Assembly: GCA_963805085.1 (NCBI GenBank)
Contig: CAWDTA010000004.1
Coordinates: forward strand, 96,001-160,000
Source: an uncultured Veillonellaceae bacterium
Lineage (GTDB): Bacteria > Bacillota > Negativicutes > JARBTT01
Direction of reading: 5' to 3'
DNA length: 64,000 nt
Shown: piece after piece, positions 27,892-37,719 of the stretch
Numbering within the stretch: position 1 is the stretch's first letter
Layout of the letters: every line of letters begins with the position of its first letter
The notes under the pieces: model-generated
Database searches by the model: none
The model's input: only the letters and a program-made list of their open reading frames with translations
Told to the model about the DNA's origin: nothing
Made by a program: the position numbers and the translations under genes

Positions 27892-29330
27892 TATTTCTTC
27901 CACCTAATCCCCGTAGGTGAATCCTCTAACGTTACCCCAATTGCATTCAGCTCATCACGAATTTTATCAGCAGTTGCCCAATCTTTGGACACTCTTGCTT
28001 GTTGACGAAGTTCAATAATAATTTTCATTAGATCTTCTACCATTTCTTCATCCTCCTCACTCGTTTTTTCCCTTATATCTACTAAGATACCCAAGATATC
28101 TGACATATCTTCATATACACCGCGAGCTACCGCAAATGATTCGCTATCATGCTTAATTTTACCAGTCGCAACCGCATGATAATACACATTGATTTCTTTT
28201 GCTAGTGCAAACATACTGCTTAGTGCCAACGCTGTATTGAAATCGTCATCCATCGCTTCATAGAAATCCTGTTTTACTTTTTTTGCAGTACTCACAAGTG
28301 CTTTCGATATATCACTCTCTTCACCTGCTGGCTGTTTTTCAAGCTCTATACTATTTAACATGGCTGTTTTCAAACGTTCCAAACTGCGCGCCGATTCATT
28401 CAAACGTTCATCACTAAAATCAAGCGGACTGCGGTAATGTGTCTCTACAATAAAAAACCGTAAAACTTCTGCTGGATACTGTTTTAAGATATCAAGAACA
28501 GTAAAGAAATTATTCAGTGATTTGCTCATTTTTTCTTCATTGATTGTAATAAATCCATTATGCAACCAATATTTTACGAATGCATGAGAATCCCCACAAC
28601 AGGCTTGTGATTGCGCAATTTCATTTTCATGATGTGGGAAAATAAGATCACTACCACCACCATGAAAATCAAAAGTTTCACCTAAATATTTAAGTGACAT
28701 CGCCGAACATTCAATATGCCAACCAGGGCGCCCAGCACCCCAAGGACTTTCCCACGAAGGTTCACCAGTTTTTGCACTCTTCCAAAGGGCAAAATCCATT
28801 GGATGGTTCTTACGTTCATCAACATTAACGCGCGCACCAGCTTGCATATCTTCTAATTTACGTCCACTTAATTTACCATAGTCCGCAAATTTTTCAACGC
28901 TATAATAGACATCACCATCAACTTGGTAGGCATAGCCTTTCTCCACTAAAGTACCAATCATTGCAATAATTTCATCAATATGATCGGAAACCTTTGGATA
29001 AATATCAGCACGAGTTACATTTAGTTTATCCATTACTTCAAAATATGCTTCAATATACCGTCCAGAAATATCAGCCCAAGTTAGCTTTTCCTGATTGGCT
29101 GTACGAATGATTTTATCATCTACATCCGTAAAATTTTGTACATGCTTTACCTTGTAGCCGGATTTTTTTAAATACCGTTTAATTACATCCCAAGTCACAA
29201 ATGGTCTAGCATTTCCAATATGTGGATGATTGTAAGGTGTAACCCCACAAACATAAATACTAGCTTCACCGGCAACTTGTGGCACAAACTCTTCTTTTTG
29301 TTTTGTTAACGTATTATAAACTTTTAACAT
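27891..29330 (-). CDS. cysS: Cysteine--tRNA ligase
   Basis: [19 protein letters not shown]. Confidence 0.98.
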   Translation of the reverse strand: MLKVYNTLTKQKEEFVPQVAGEASIYVCGVTPYNHPHIGNARPFVTWDVIKRYLKKSGYKVKHVQNFTDVDDKIIRTANQEKLTWADISGRYIEAYFEVMDKLNVTRADIYPKVSDHIDEIIAMIGTLVEKGYAYQVDGDVYYSVEKFADYGKLSGRKLEDMQAGARVNVDERKNHPMDFALWKSAKTGEPSWESPWGAGRPGWHIECSAMSLKYLGETFDFHGGGSDLIFPHHENEIAQSQACCGDSHAFVKYWLHNGFITINEEKMSKSLNNFFTVLDILKQYPAEVLRFFIVETHYRSPLDFSDERLNESARSLERLKTAMLNSIELEKQPAGEESDISKALVSTAKKVKQDFYEAMDDDFNTALALSSMFALAKEINVYYHAVATGKIKHDSESFAVARGVYEDMSDILGILVDIREKTSEEDEEMVEDLMKIIIELRQQARVSKDWATADKIRDELNAIGVTLEDSPTGIRWKK

Positions 29331-30060
29331 TGTCTTTTCCCAGCTCCTTTTCCATCTTTTTGATTCTGGCTTCTAGCTGTTGGATATTTCTATGCATACA
29401 CATAAGCATTTCTTCTTCTGGATCTGGTAAATTACCATGTGACAAATCAACATCCTTTTCTTCCTCTGCCTCTGTATCGGTGTCAATAGCCACTAACTTC
29501 ATTCTATTTTCTTCGGCAATTTGCTCTGGTGTCTTTATTTTTTTACCATACATTAAGACAACTTTACCAGGAATACCGACTACAGTCGCATTCGCTGGAA
29601 CTTCTTTCAATACCACCGACCCTGCTCCAATTTTCGCATGATCACCTACAGAAAAAGAACCCAGTACTTTTGCACCCGAAGCAACAACAACATTATTGCC
29701 GATGGTAGGGTGACGTTTTCCTTTTTCTTTTCCTGTCCCGCCTAAAGTAACACCTTGATAAAGGGTTACATTCTTGCCTATTTCGGCAGTTTCACCGATA
29801 ACGATTCCTGAGCCATGATCGATAAATAAACCTTCCCCAATCGTTGCTCCCGGATGAATCTCAATACCTGTTAAAAACCGCGCAAAATTAGAAATCATCC
29901 GTGGAAACAAGATCCAGCCTTTTAAATAAAAATAATGTGATAATCTATGAAACCAAATGGCATGTAACCCTTGATAGCAAAAAATCACTTCCCAAATGCT
30001 TTTCGCCGCAGGGTCACGATCAAATACCACACGAATATCTTTTCTCAAGCGTGCAAACAT
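29314..30060 (-). CDS. cysE: Serine O-acetyltransferase
   Basis: [18 protein letters not shown] hexapeptide repeats. Confidence 0.96.
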   Translation of the reverse strand: MFARLRKDIRVVFDRDPAAKSIWEVIFCYQGLHAIWFHRLSHYFYLKGWILFPRMISNFARFLTGIEIHPGATIGEGLFIDHGSGIVIGETAEIGKNVTLYQGVTLGGTGKEKGKRHPTIGNNVVVASGAKVLGSFSVGDHAKIGAGSVVLKEVPANATVVGIPGKVVLMYGKKIKTPEQIAEENRMKLVAIDTDTEAEEEKDVDLSHGNLPDPEEEMLMCMHRNIQQLEARIKKMEKELGKDNVKSL

Positions 30061-30096
30061 CGTACTACAACTCCCCCATTTTTCACTAAAAATACA

Positions 30097-30335
30097 TAAA
30101 AAAAGACCATCATCTCATTACAGAGACGATGGTTCGTGGTTCCACTCTGTTTAGGCAAATAAAATTATTTACCTCACTCAATACATATAACGGCTGCTAC
30201 CGATTTAGTCTACTAACTCTTCGACTAAATTGCTCCTGGGTGCATTTGGGTGGCTTCCTTCCTAGTACTAATTACAGCTACGATAGTACCTCTCTGAAGG
30301 AGGAAGTTCACTTACTCTCCCAATCAACACATTTA
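30097..30335 (-). promoter_or_regulatory. Cys T-box riboswitch
   Basis: Stem I with AGAGA/GCTG loops, UGC specifier (30242-30244), T-box AACAGAGTGGAACCACG (30135-30151), terminator with U tract. Confidence 0.92.
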
Positions 30336-30386
30336 TCTATTTATCATTCTATGTAAGCGAACACTTATTAGCACCTAAGTTTTTGC

Positions 30387-31850
30387 TTAATTTAGACTAC
30401 TCATCGTTGCATCAATACGAGCAATCACGCGTTTACGACCTAACACTTCAATTAGGCGAACTAGGTCTGGCCCATGCATTTGTCCTGTCATCGCCACACG
30501 AATTGGCATAAATACCTTTTTCCCACCAACTTTTAGTTCCTTGGTAATGGCCTTTAAAATAGGTTTGATATTCGCTGCATCCACTTCTGCTAAAGCATTT
30601 AATTTTTCTTTAAACAAAGCAATGACAGCAGGAATTTCTTCGTCCAGTAAAACATCTTTTGTTTCTTGATCTTCAATCACAACAGCATCTTTAAAATAGA
30701 TGTCAGCATAATCGACGACTTGCGCTACATAGCTCAAATGATCTTGGATAACAGCAATAAATTTGACTAATTTATCTTTATCCTCTGCAGTTAGCTCGCC
30801 ATCGATATAACCTGCTTCTACTAGATGAGGAATTGCTAAAAATGTGATTTTTTCAGCACTTGCGGCTTTCATATAATGGGCATTAATCCAGTTTAATTTA
30901 TCAATATCAAATACTGCTGGATTTTTTGCTACGCGATCCATCGAAAACTCTTGGATAAGTTCTTCTGATGAAAAAATTTCTTGTTCACTGTTTGGTGCCC
31001 AACCAAGTAATGCAAGGAAGTTGTCAATTGCTTCTGGTAAATAGCCCAGCTTGCGATATTGATCAACGGAAGTTGCACCATGGCGTTTACTCATCTTGCT
31101 ACGATCTTTCCCTAGGATAAGGGAAATATGACCAAAAATAGGCACTGGTAAATCAAGTGCTTGATATAACACAACTTGACGTGGAGTATTCGATAGATGC
31201 TCTTCCGCACGAATAACATGACTGATTTTCATTAATGCATCATCAAGTACTACCGCATAATTATACACTGGCGTACCATCGGATTTTACAATAACGAAAT
31301 CGCCAACACCATTCGATTCAAAACTCATTTTACCACGAACTAAATCATCAAAAACAATTTGCTGATTTGCTGGCGTTCTAAAACGAATCGTAGGTTTTCT
31401 ACCTTCAGCAATAAATTTTGCTTCTTGCTCTGCCGTTAATTGACGACATTTCCCTTGATAAATTGGCATCTCATTCTTTGCCATTAAAGCATTACGATCC
31501 GCTTCTAATTCTTCATCAGAACAGTAACAGTAATAGGCTTTACCCTCAGCGAGAAGTTTATCCGTAAACTTTTTATAAATTTCAATACGTTCTGTTTGAC
31601 GGTATGGACCATATTCGCCCCCCACATCAATACCTTCGTCCCAAGTAATCCCTAACCACTTTAACGCGTTTTTGATATTTTCTTCTGACTCCTTGGTTGA
31701 ACGTGCTCTATCTGTATCTTCGATTCTTAAAATTAATTTACCACCTGTTTTTTTAGCAAGTAACCAATTAAATAATGCTGATCTTGCACCACCAATATGA
31801 AATGGACCTGTTGGACTTGGTGCAAATCGTACGCGTACTTCTTCTGACAT
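30387..31850 (-). CDS. gltX: Glutamate--tRNA ligase
   Basis: RFAPSPTG, HIGG, KMSKR. Confidence 0.98.
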   Translation of the reverse strand: MSEEVRVRFAPSPTGPFHIGGARSALFNWLLAKKTGGKLILRIEDTDRARSTKESEENIKNALKWLGITWDEGIDVGGEYGPYRQTERIEIYKKFTDKLLAEGKAYYCYCSDEELEADRNALMAKNEMPIYQGKCRQLTAEQEAKFIAEGRKPTIRFRTPANQQIVFDDLVRGKMSFESNGVGDFVIVKSDGTPVYNYAVVLDDALMKISHVIRAEEHLSNTPRQVVLYQALDLPVPIFGHISLILGKDRSKMSKRHGATSVDQYRKLGYLPEAIDNFLALLGWAPNSEQEIFSSEELIQEFSMDRVAKNPAVFDIDKLNWINAHYMKAASAEKITFLAIPHLVEAGYIDGELTAEDKDKLVKFIAVIQDHLSYVAQVVDYADIYFKDAVVIEDQETKDVLLDEEIPAVIALFKEKLNALAEVDAANIKPILKAITKELKVGGKKVFMPIRVAMTGQMHGPDLVRLIEVLGRKRVIARIDATMSSLN

Positions 31851-31967
31851 AAAAATTAAGCCTCCCACAATATTCGTGTAATGTTTATTTTAACAGAATT
31901 TTTCTCACTATGCAAAAGTCTACACAAAATAACTGAGATAATCGGACTATCTCAGTTATTTCTAATA

Positions 31968-31998
31968 GAGAGTGTTACAAGCATCTTGTAACGCTCTC
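31968..31998. repeat. Minimal (arms-only) copy of the palindromic repeat family
   Basis: GAGAGTGTTACAA-GCATC-TTGTAACGCTCTC resembles the joined termini of the 33675 and 53135 elements. Confidence 0.55.
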
Positions 31999-32072
31999 TT
32001 AAATTTTAAGGTTATGTGTTTTTTTTAATATACTTTAATATATTATATCATTTTATTCTAGTTTTTCAACTT

Positions 32073-32330
32073 TTATTGCACGCGAAAGATAAAAAAACCA
32101 TCTTCAACTTCCGGTGTTATGAGCGTATGAAACTTCGCCGCGCTAATACTCACAGGAACAGCGTCGGTAGGAGAGATCGCAAAGCGCCAAAACAAGGCCT
32201 GATCACACCATAATTCTCCGATAAAATGATCCTCGACGGTCTCAAAATGCACATCGAAATTCATTGCCAAACATTGCCCTGGTATAAGTAATGCTCCCAT
32301 AACAAAAATTGCACATACTAACTTACGCAT
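32073..32330 (-). CDS. Small secreted hypothetical protein (85 aa)
   Basis: GAGGAGG RBS, signal-peptide-like N-terminus, own promoter-like motif. Confidence 0.75.
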   Translation of the reverse strand: MRKLVCAIFVMGALLIPGQCLAMNFDVHFETVEDHFIGELWCDQALFWRFAISPTDAVPVSISAAKFHTLITPEVEDGFFIFRVQ

Positions 32331-32401
32331 AATTTATTGCCTCCTCATTCGACATGAATATGCTTGTTAATATGTGCAAAACAATAAAATTTATGCAAAA
32401 A

Positions 32402-32878
32402 TTATAATTTCATGATGCCGACGACTGCATAGCTTGCAATCCCTTCCTGTGTGCCAGTAAACCCTAATCCTTCGGTTGTCGTCGCTTTCACATTGACCTG
32501 ACTTAATTCGCATTGCATCACTCTGGCAATATTTTCATTCATTTGCGGAATAAAACTCGCCAATTTCGGTTTTTGCGCTACTATCGTTGCATCAATATTA
32601 TTTACTTTATAACCTGCCTGCCCAATAATATCTCGTACTTTTTCTAGCAATATCATACTAGAAATTCCTTTATAACTGTCATCATGATCAGGGAAATGTC
32701 TACCGATATCACCAAGTGCAGCAGCGCCAAGCAAGGCATCTTCAATCGCATGTAATACTACATCGGCATCAGAATGTCCCAGTAACCCTAATGTATGTGG
32801 AATTTCTACTCCACCCAAGATTAACCTACGACCTTCCACCAATTTGTGAACATCATAGCCCATACCAAATCTAATCAT
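32402..32878 (-). CDS. ispF: 2-C-methyl-D-erythritol 2,4-cyclodiphosphate synthase
   Basis: GYDVH, GHSDADV, GDIG, KATTTE. Confidence 0.97.
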   Translation of the reverse strand: MIRFGMGYDVHKLVEGRRLILGGVEIPHTLGLLGHSDADVVLHAIEDALLGAAALGDIGRHFPDHDDSYKGISSMILLEKVRDIIGQAGYKVNNIDATIVAQKPKLASFIPQMNENIARVMQCELSQVNVKATTTEGLGFTGTQEGIASYAVVGIMKL

Positions 32879-33636
32879 AATTTCTTTACCCCTTTTTTGA
32901 ACTTATCTGCAACGTCAGATACAATCGTCGATACTCCAGAGACCAAACGACAAACAACACCTTTTCGCAAAAATGCCTCAGCAATAATAAAATCTTCTGG
33001 CGTTGTTATTTTTAAATTACTATAATCACCTTTGACCACTTTTACTTCTATGCCTAACCGTTCTACTAAACTGGAATCATCAGTGCCAAGGAAATGATCC
33101 TCTTTTGCTTTTTTATAGGCATTTAAAATAATGTCTCGTTGAAAACCTTGCGGCGTTTGTACCGACCATAAGGTACTACGTTCTGGTGTCGCCGTGACAA
33201 CCTGATCTTCATCGACAATTTTGATTGTATTTTTAGCTGGAACGCCAGTAACGCTCGCACCACTTCTTCTTGATTCTTCAACAACCGCCGTAATCACTGT
33301 ATCACTGATAAGCGGTCTAGCACCGTCATGTACCAAAACGATATCTGTATTCTCATGCAAGGCCGCAAGCCCGTTGGCAATCGAGTATTGCCTTTCTGTA
33401 CTTCCAGCGATAACTTGCCAAGGTTTCAAGTTGGGTACTGCCCTTAGTAGTGTTGTTACAACCGCAACTTCTTCTGGCGCTACCACAATAATTAAATCAT
33501 CAATGGCTGCACACTTAGAAAAAGCCAATACCGTATGTACTAAGATAGGCTTACCGAAAAGTTCTAGGAATACTTTATTTACCCCCACTTCCATTCGTTT
33601 ACCTTGTCCAGCAGCAGGAAAAATTGCCGTTACCAT
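32875..33636 (-). CDS. ispD: 2-C-methyl-D-erythritol 4-phosphate cytidylyltransferase
   Basis: [26 protein letters not shown]. Confidence 0.97.
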   Translation of the reverse strand: MVTAIFPAAGQGKRMEVGVNKVFLELFGKPILVHTVLAFSKCAAIDDLIIVVAPEEVAVVTTLLRAVPNLKPWQVIAGSTERQYSIANGLAALHENTDIVLVHDGARPLISDTVITAVVEESRRSGASVTGVPAKNTIKIVDEDQVVTATPERSTLWSVQTPQGFQRDIILNAYKKAKEDHFLGTDDSSLVERLGIEVKVVKGDYSNLKITTPEDFIIAEAFLRKGVVCRLVSGVSTIVSDVADKFKKGVKKL

Positions 33637-33674
33637 ACTATCCCTACCTTTATTTAAAATTACTTATTTTCATC

Positions 33675-33796
33675 AGAGACTGTTACAAAATACTCATCTG
33701 GCTCATCCTGCGAACACTCACTCAACGTACTACATCGTACGCCCTCCGCTCGCGTTCTCGTCGCGCCTAGCATTTGGGCATCTTATAACAGTCTCT
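33675..33796. repeat. ~120-bp palindromic REPIN/MITE-like element, copy A
   Basis: AGAGACTGTTA...TAACAGTCTCT terminal inverted repeat, central CGTAC-N-GTACG; similar to 53135-53257. Confidence 0.8.
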
Positions 33797-34004
33797 TGCA
33801 TTTTATGGTTGTGTGTTCTTTGAAACACACTTTATCAAATGTCACTTCATAACGAATCACTGTATGTATTATAATACTATATTTCTTAATAACATTCAAA
33901 ATAATACTTCCCTAACTCTATAAACGCAAAAAAAAATTCTGCACTCAAACGAGAATGCAGAACGATATAGAACCTATAGTTTTTATATCAGCAACTAGAG
34001 TTAG

Positions 34005-35132
34005 TTAAGCACCTTTTTCTGCCGCTCTTGGCTTAGCGAATATCATTCTACCGGCTGCAGTTTGAAGTACCGAAGTAACAACAACCTCGAGCGTTTCATT
34101 CATATGCTTTTTACCACCCTCAACGACAATCATCGTACCATCGTCGAGATAAGCTACCCCTTGCGCCATTTCTTTACCATCTTTTACAACAGTAACAACC
34201 ATGTTTTCCCCAGGAATAACGACTGGCTTAACCGCATTTGACAGTTCATTGATATTCAAAACTGGAACACCCTGTAATTCTGATACTTTATTTAGATTAT
34301 AGTCATTGGTAATGATTTTACCATGTACCAATTGACCCAATTTTACCAATTTAGAATCTACTTCAGAAATATCATCAAAATCGCGCTCATCAATTTGCAC
34401 ATACATACCAAATTCTTTTTGAATACGATTTAAAACATCAAGACCACGTCTACCACGATTCCGTTTTAGTAAATCTGAAGAATCTGCGATATGTTGCAAT
34501 TCTTCTAGTACAAAGACTGGGATTAGAATCGTGCCTTCAATAAAACCACTTTGACAAATATCAGCAATACGACCATCGATAATAACACTTGTATCTAAAA
34601 GCTTATAATGACGTTCGTCTTCATTAGATTGATCCTTGTCTTTTCCTTTTTCCCTAACCATTCTCGGTATGAATTCAAATAACCCCGCGATTTCATCGCG
34701 TTTTTGTATGGTGATGTGAATTCCCAAATATCCCAATACGATACTTAGCACAATTGGAATATAATTTCCCACAAATGGAATCGGCGAAAATGCTGAACCT
34801 AATAAATTCGCAATGATAAGTCCAATAGCCAAACCAACAGCACCTGCGATAACATCATGAATAGGCATTTTGCTAAGTTGCACTTCCACCCACACCGATA
34901 ACTTCAACAATTTGTTGACCAAGTACGGGGAAATAAAGAAACCAATACCACCTCCGATAACGCCACCTAATAAAACTGATAACAAATTTGTCATCGTAAT
35001 GCCGAAAATCCCCATTTTCAAGAACTCAGCACTAATTAAAAGTGTCAATAACGGATTTGCAAATTTCATAAGAACCAAACCAAGAATCGCCATTAAAATC
35101 GTAATAACCAAACGTAAAACTTTATCTAACAC
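34005..35132 (-). CDS. yacL: PIN/TRAM-domain membrane protein (YacL)
   Basis: LLDTSVIIDGRI, TNDYNL, QGVAYLDDGTM. Confidence 0.93.
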   Translation of the reverse strand: MLDKVLRLVITILMAILGLVLMKFANPLLTLLISAEFLKMGIFGITMTNLLSVLLGGVIGGGIGFFISPYLVNKLLKLSVWVEVQLSKMPIHDVIAGAVGLAIGLIIANLLGSAFSPIPFVGNYIPIVLSIVLGYLGIHITIQKRDEIAGLFEFIPRMVREKGKDKDQSNEDERHYKLLDTSVIIDGRIADICQSGFIEGTILIPVFVLEELQHIADSSDLLKRNRGRRGLDVLNRIQKEFGMYVQIDERDFDDISEVDSKLVKLGQLVHGKIITNDYNLNKVSELQGVPVLNINELSNAVKPVVIPGENMVVTVVKDGKEMAQGVAYLDDGTMIVVEGGKKHMNETLEVVVTSVLQTAAGRMIFAKPRAAEKGA

Positions 35133-35213
35133 TTTTTCACCTCCTTCCAAATATTACAATATTTTTTTTACGAATACAAGCTTATTCTACCCATAAAACA
35201 ATAAAAAAATACG

Positions 35214-35708
35214 TCAGTTACCTGGCGTATTTTTATCAAGCATTTCATACATCCACGTCTCTACAGAAGAAGCATCTTTATCGCAAGCTAATACTAGCTC
35301 ACTCACTAATATTTGCTTTGCAGTGTCCAATAACCTTCTTTCCCCTGTAGAAATTTTTTTTGTACGGTCTTGTAAAACTAAATTTCTCACGATTTCAGCT
35401 ACATCATATATACTACCACTTTTAATTTTTAATAAATTTGCGTTAAATCTTCTATTCCAACTACCCGTTACTATTTCAGGTTCACTCTGAAGTACCACAA
35501 CGACTTTTTCAACTTCATCTTGCGTAATAACTTCACGCAATCCAATATTTTCAACATTATTTAATGGTATCATAACTTTCATACCGCCAAAAGGCATCCG
35601 AAGGACATAATAGGATTTTGTTTCTCCCATTACCTCGCATTCCTCTATACCTTCTATGATACCGGCGCCATGCATTGGATAAACTACCTTATCACCTATA
35701 CTAAGCAC
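35214..35708 (-). CDS. carD: CarD/CdnL family transcriptional regulator
   Basis: GDKVVYPMHGAG, WNRR; tandem SigA promoters at 35733-35761 and 35770-35798. Confidence 0.93.
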   Translation of the reverse strand: MLSIGDKVVYPMHGAGIIEGIEECEVMGETKSYYVLRMPFGGMKVMIPLNNVENIGLREVITQDEVEKVVVVLQSEPEIVTGSWNRRFNANLLKIKSGSIYDVAEIVRNLVLQDRTKKISTGERRLLDTAKQILVSELVLACDKDASSVETWMYEMLDKNTPGN

Positions 35709-35850
35709 AGCAGCACCTCCTAATATAGATAGATTATATCATATGATTTTATCTTTGTCAAAATTTCTAATTTTATCACGTGTGATTATCGTTGTCAATC
35801 GTTGACATAAAAAAAAACAAACATAACTCAAAGAGTTATGTTTGTTTTTC

Positions 35851-37224
35851 TTAATGAAACAATAGCAAACTAGTTGAAACCATAACGATCATTGCTACAA
35901 TCATCGGAATAGCCGTTCTTTTTACCAAATCAAATGGCGATATATTGCCAAGACTTGCCGTAACAACGATAACCGCTGTAATTGGCGACATACTCCTAGC
36001 GATACTTGCGGCAAAATGCATTGGCATTAACATCAGCACTGGTGCCAAGCCCATCTTAGCTGCGACCACTGGTGTTAGTGAGGCAAATGCAAAGAATGGT
36101 GCATTACCAGACCCCATAATAACAGCACTAATTCCAATGATGGCTACCATAACCAGAACCATTCCTACACCACCAAATCCCGAACTTTGTGCACCATTAA
36201 TAATCGCATCAATCGTTCCCATACAAGTAAGACCTTTCGCAAAGGTTTCACCAGCAACAATCAGCGTTACTACATTGGCCATCTGCACCCCTAAGCCATC
36301 AAAGAATGGTTGCATATCATCAAACACTTTTTTTCCATCGCGATGACGAATATATTCACAAATCATCGTAATAAATAGACCGATAAACATCGCTTTAACA
36401 ATGTCCATTTTAATCCATGAAATCCATAGATTACTAAAAATTAAGATTAAGAACAACGGAATCATTGGTAATAAGGCATAGATTTTAGGAGGCAACTCCG
36501 TCTCATGCACTATTTTTTCTTTATTACTTCGTTCTACTACATGCTGATCTTGCTTATCAAAATATCTTTGAACAAAGAAATGTGTAATCGCCCCTGCAAT
36601 CAATACAGCGATCGTTACTGGCACCTGGTACCCAGTCCAATACGTTGTAATATCAAGACCAGCTGTTGCTGCCGATAAAATACTACCTGGATCAGCAGGA
36701 CTCCAATCCATACAAAGCGTAGTTGCAATAACAGCGCAAGCCGATAATCTACTTACGCCTAGATTTACAAGAACCGGGAACACGGTTACCATCAATAACA
36801 TGGCCAGACCAGAGGCACTATTGATGAATAAACCTAAGCACATGCCCACAATCCAGGAAGCAGCCATCACAGTATAGGGTGCATTGAGTTTTGAAAGCGG
36901 TCTAATTGCAATATGTACCAAAGCCTTACTCGCGCCAATATGCTCCATATACCGTGCAAAACCACCTACTGCCATAATATTAAGGCCAAGTGCAGCAGCC
37001 CTAGAACTCAATGTATTTTTGATAAATTCGAACATATCAAAGAACATCAATCCCGTACTATCTTTTTCTGGTAGAATTTGCCCATACCCAAGCAATACCG
37101 CAAAAAACATTAAGATTATTCCAGAAAAAAACAAAACTGGTTGTGCCTTGTATTTTTGGGTTATTAAAAAGCCCGTCCAAATAGTAACCACCAAGGAAAT
37201 CATGACATTTAAAATAAAAATCAA
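35851..37224 (-). CDS. dcuC: C4-dicarboxylate transporter, DcuC family
   Basis: GFARYMEHIGAS, SASGL, GSGNAPF; true start uncertain (37215 or 37203). Confidence 0.88.
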   Translation of the reverse strand: MIFILNVMISLVVTIWTGFLITQKYKAQPVLFFSGIILMFFAVLLGYGQILPEKDSTGLMFFDMFEFIKNTLSSRAAALGLNIMAVGGFARYMEHIGASKALVHIAIRPLSKLNAPYTVMAASWIVGMCLGLFINSASGLAMLLMVTVFPVLVNLGVSRLSACAVIATTLCMDWSPADPGSILSAATAGLDITTYWTGYQVPVTIAVLIAGAITHFFVQRYFDKQDQHVVERSNKEKIVHETELPPKIYALLPMIPLFLILIFSNLWISWIKMDIVKAMFIGLFITMICEYIRHRDGKKVFDDMQPFFDGLGVQMANVVTLIVAGETFAKGLTCMGTIDAIINGAQSSGFGGVGMVLVMVAIIGISAVIMGSGNAPFFAFASLTPVVAAKMGLAPVLMLMPMHFAASIARSMSPITAVIVVTASLGNISPFDLVKRTAIPMIVAMIVMVSTSLLLFH

Positions 37225-37300
37225 CTCCTATTCTATTTTATATAAATTCTATACTGACATAAAAATTTCACGAACGCAAATAATTCTAATATTATAAATT

Positions 37301-37330
37301 ACATAGATATGGCTTGGTAGGGAAAAACTA
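37301..37330 (+). promoter_or_regulatory. Candidate SigF promoter
   Basis: ACATA-N15-GGAAAAACTA versus consensus GYATA-N15-GGnnAnAHTR. Confidence 0.55.
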
Positions 37331-37373
37331 TTCTTATATTCACGCGAAAATGTTTACTTTTGGAGGATAAACA

Positions 37374-37685
37374 ATGTTAAAACCCAAACATTTTCTCTTT
37401 TTATTCTGTCTTATTCTTATTTTGCTATCTGCCTACTATTTGATACCGATAACCCCATTAAAGAATAGATATATATCCCCTCCCACTCAAGTAGACACAA
37501 TACAAAAAAAGTATGACTATTATGACATCAGCGACGAAGCAGATCAAAAAAACCTTATGCGCATTCCAGTCGTCGTTAATATTGGCGATGAACTCATTAC
37601 TGAGGACAATAAACTTTATCGTGTAACAAGAATTGAAGAAAATCATGCATATGCTGCGTTTATTCGAAATGTAAAATTACGTTAA
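37374..37685 (+). CDS. Membrane-anchored protein resembling the N-terminal domain of clostridial SpoIIP
   Basis: TM anchor then YYDISDE...VNIGDELITEDNKLYRV; GGAGG RBS. Confidence 0.65.
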   Translation: MLKPKHFLFLFCLILILLSAYYLIPITPLKNRYISPPTQVDTIQKKYDYYDISDEADQKNLMRIPVVVNIGDELITEDNKLYRVTRIEENHAYAAFIRNVKLR

Positions 37686-37719
37686 AAGTTGCTGTGAAAA
37701 ATTTTTCACAGCAACTTTT
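37686..37719. terminator. Bidirectional terminator between the 103-aa gene and radA
   Basis: AAAGTTGCTGTGAAAA/TTTTCACAGCAACTTT. Confidence 0.75.

Noticed and set aside
33221-33823. 200-aa plus-strand ORF
   Set aside because: Antisense shadow of ispD running through repeat copy A.
34005-35132. PIN protein (and NYN protein 24422-24949) as toxin or defence genes
   Set aside because: Conserved housekeeping yacL and yacP in their usual synteny; no antitoxin.
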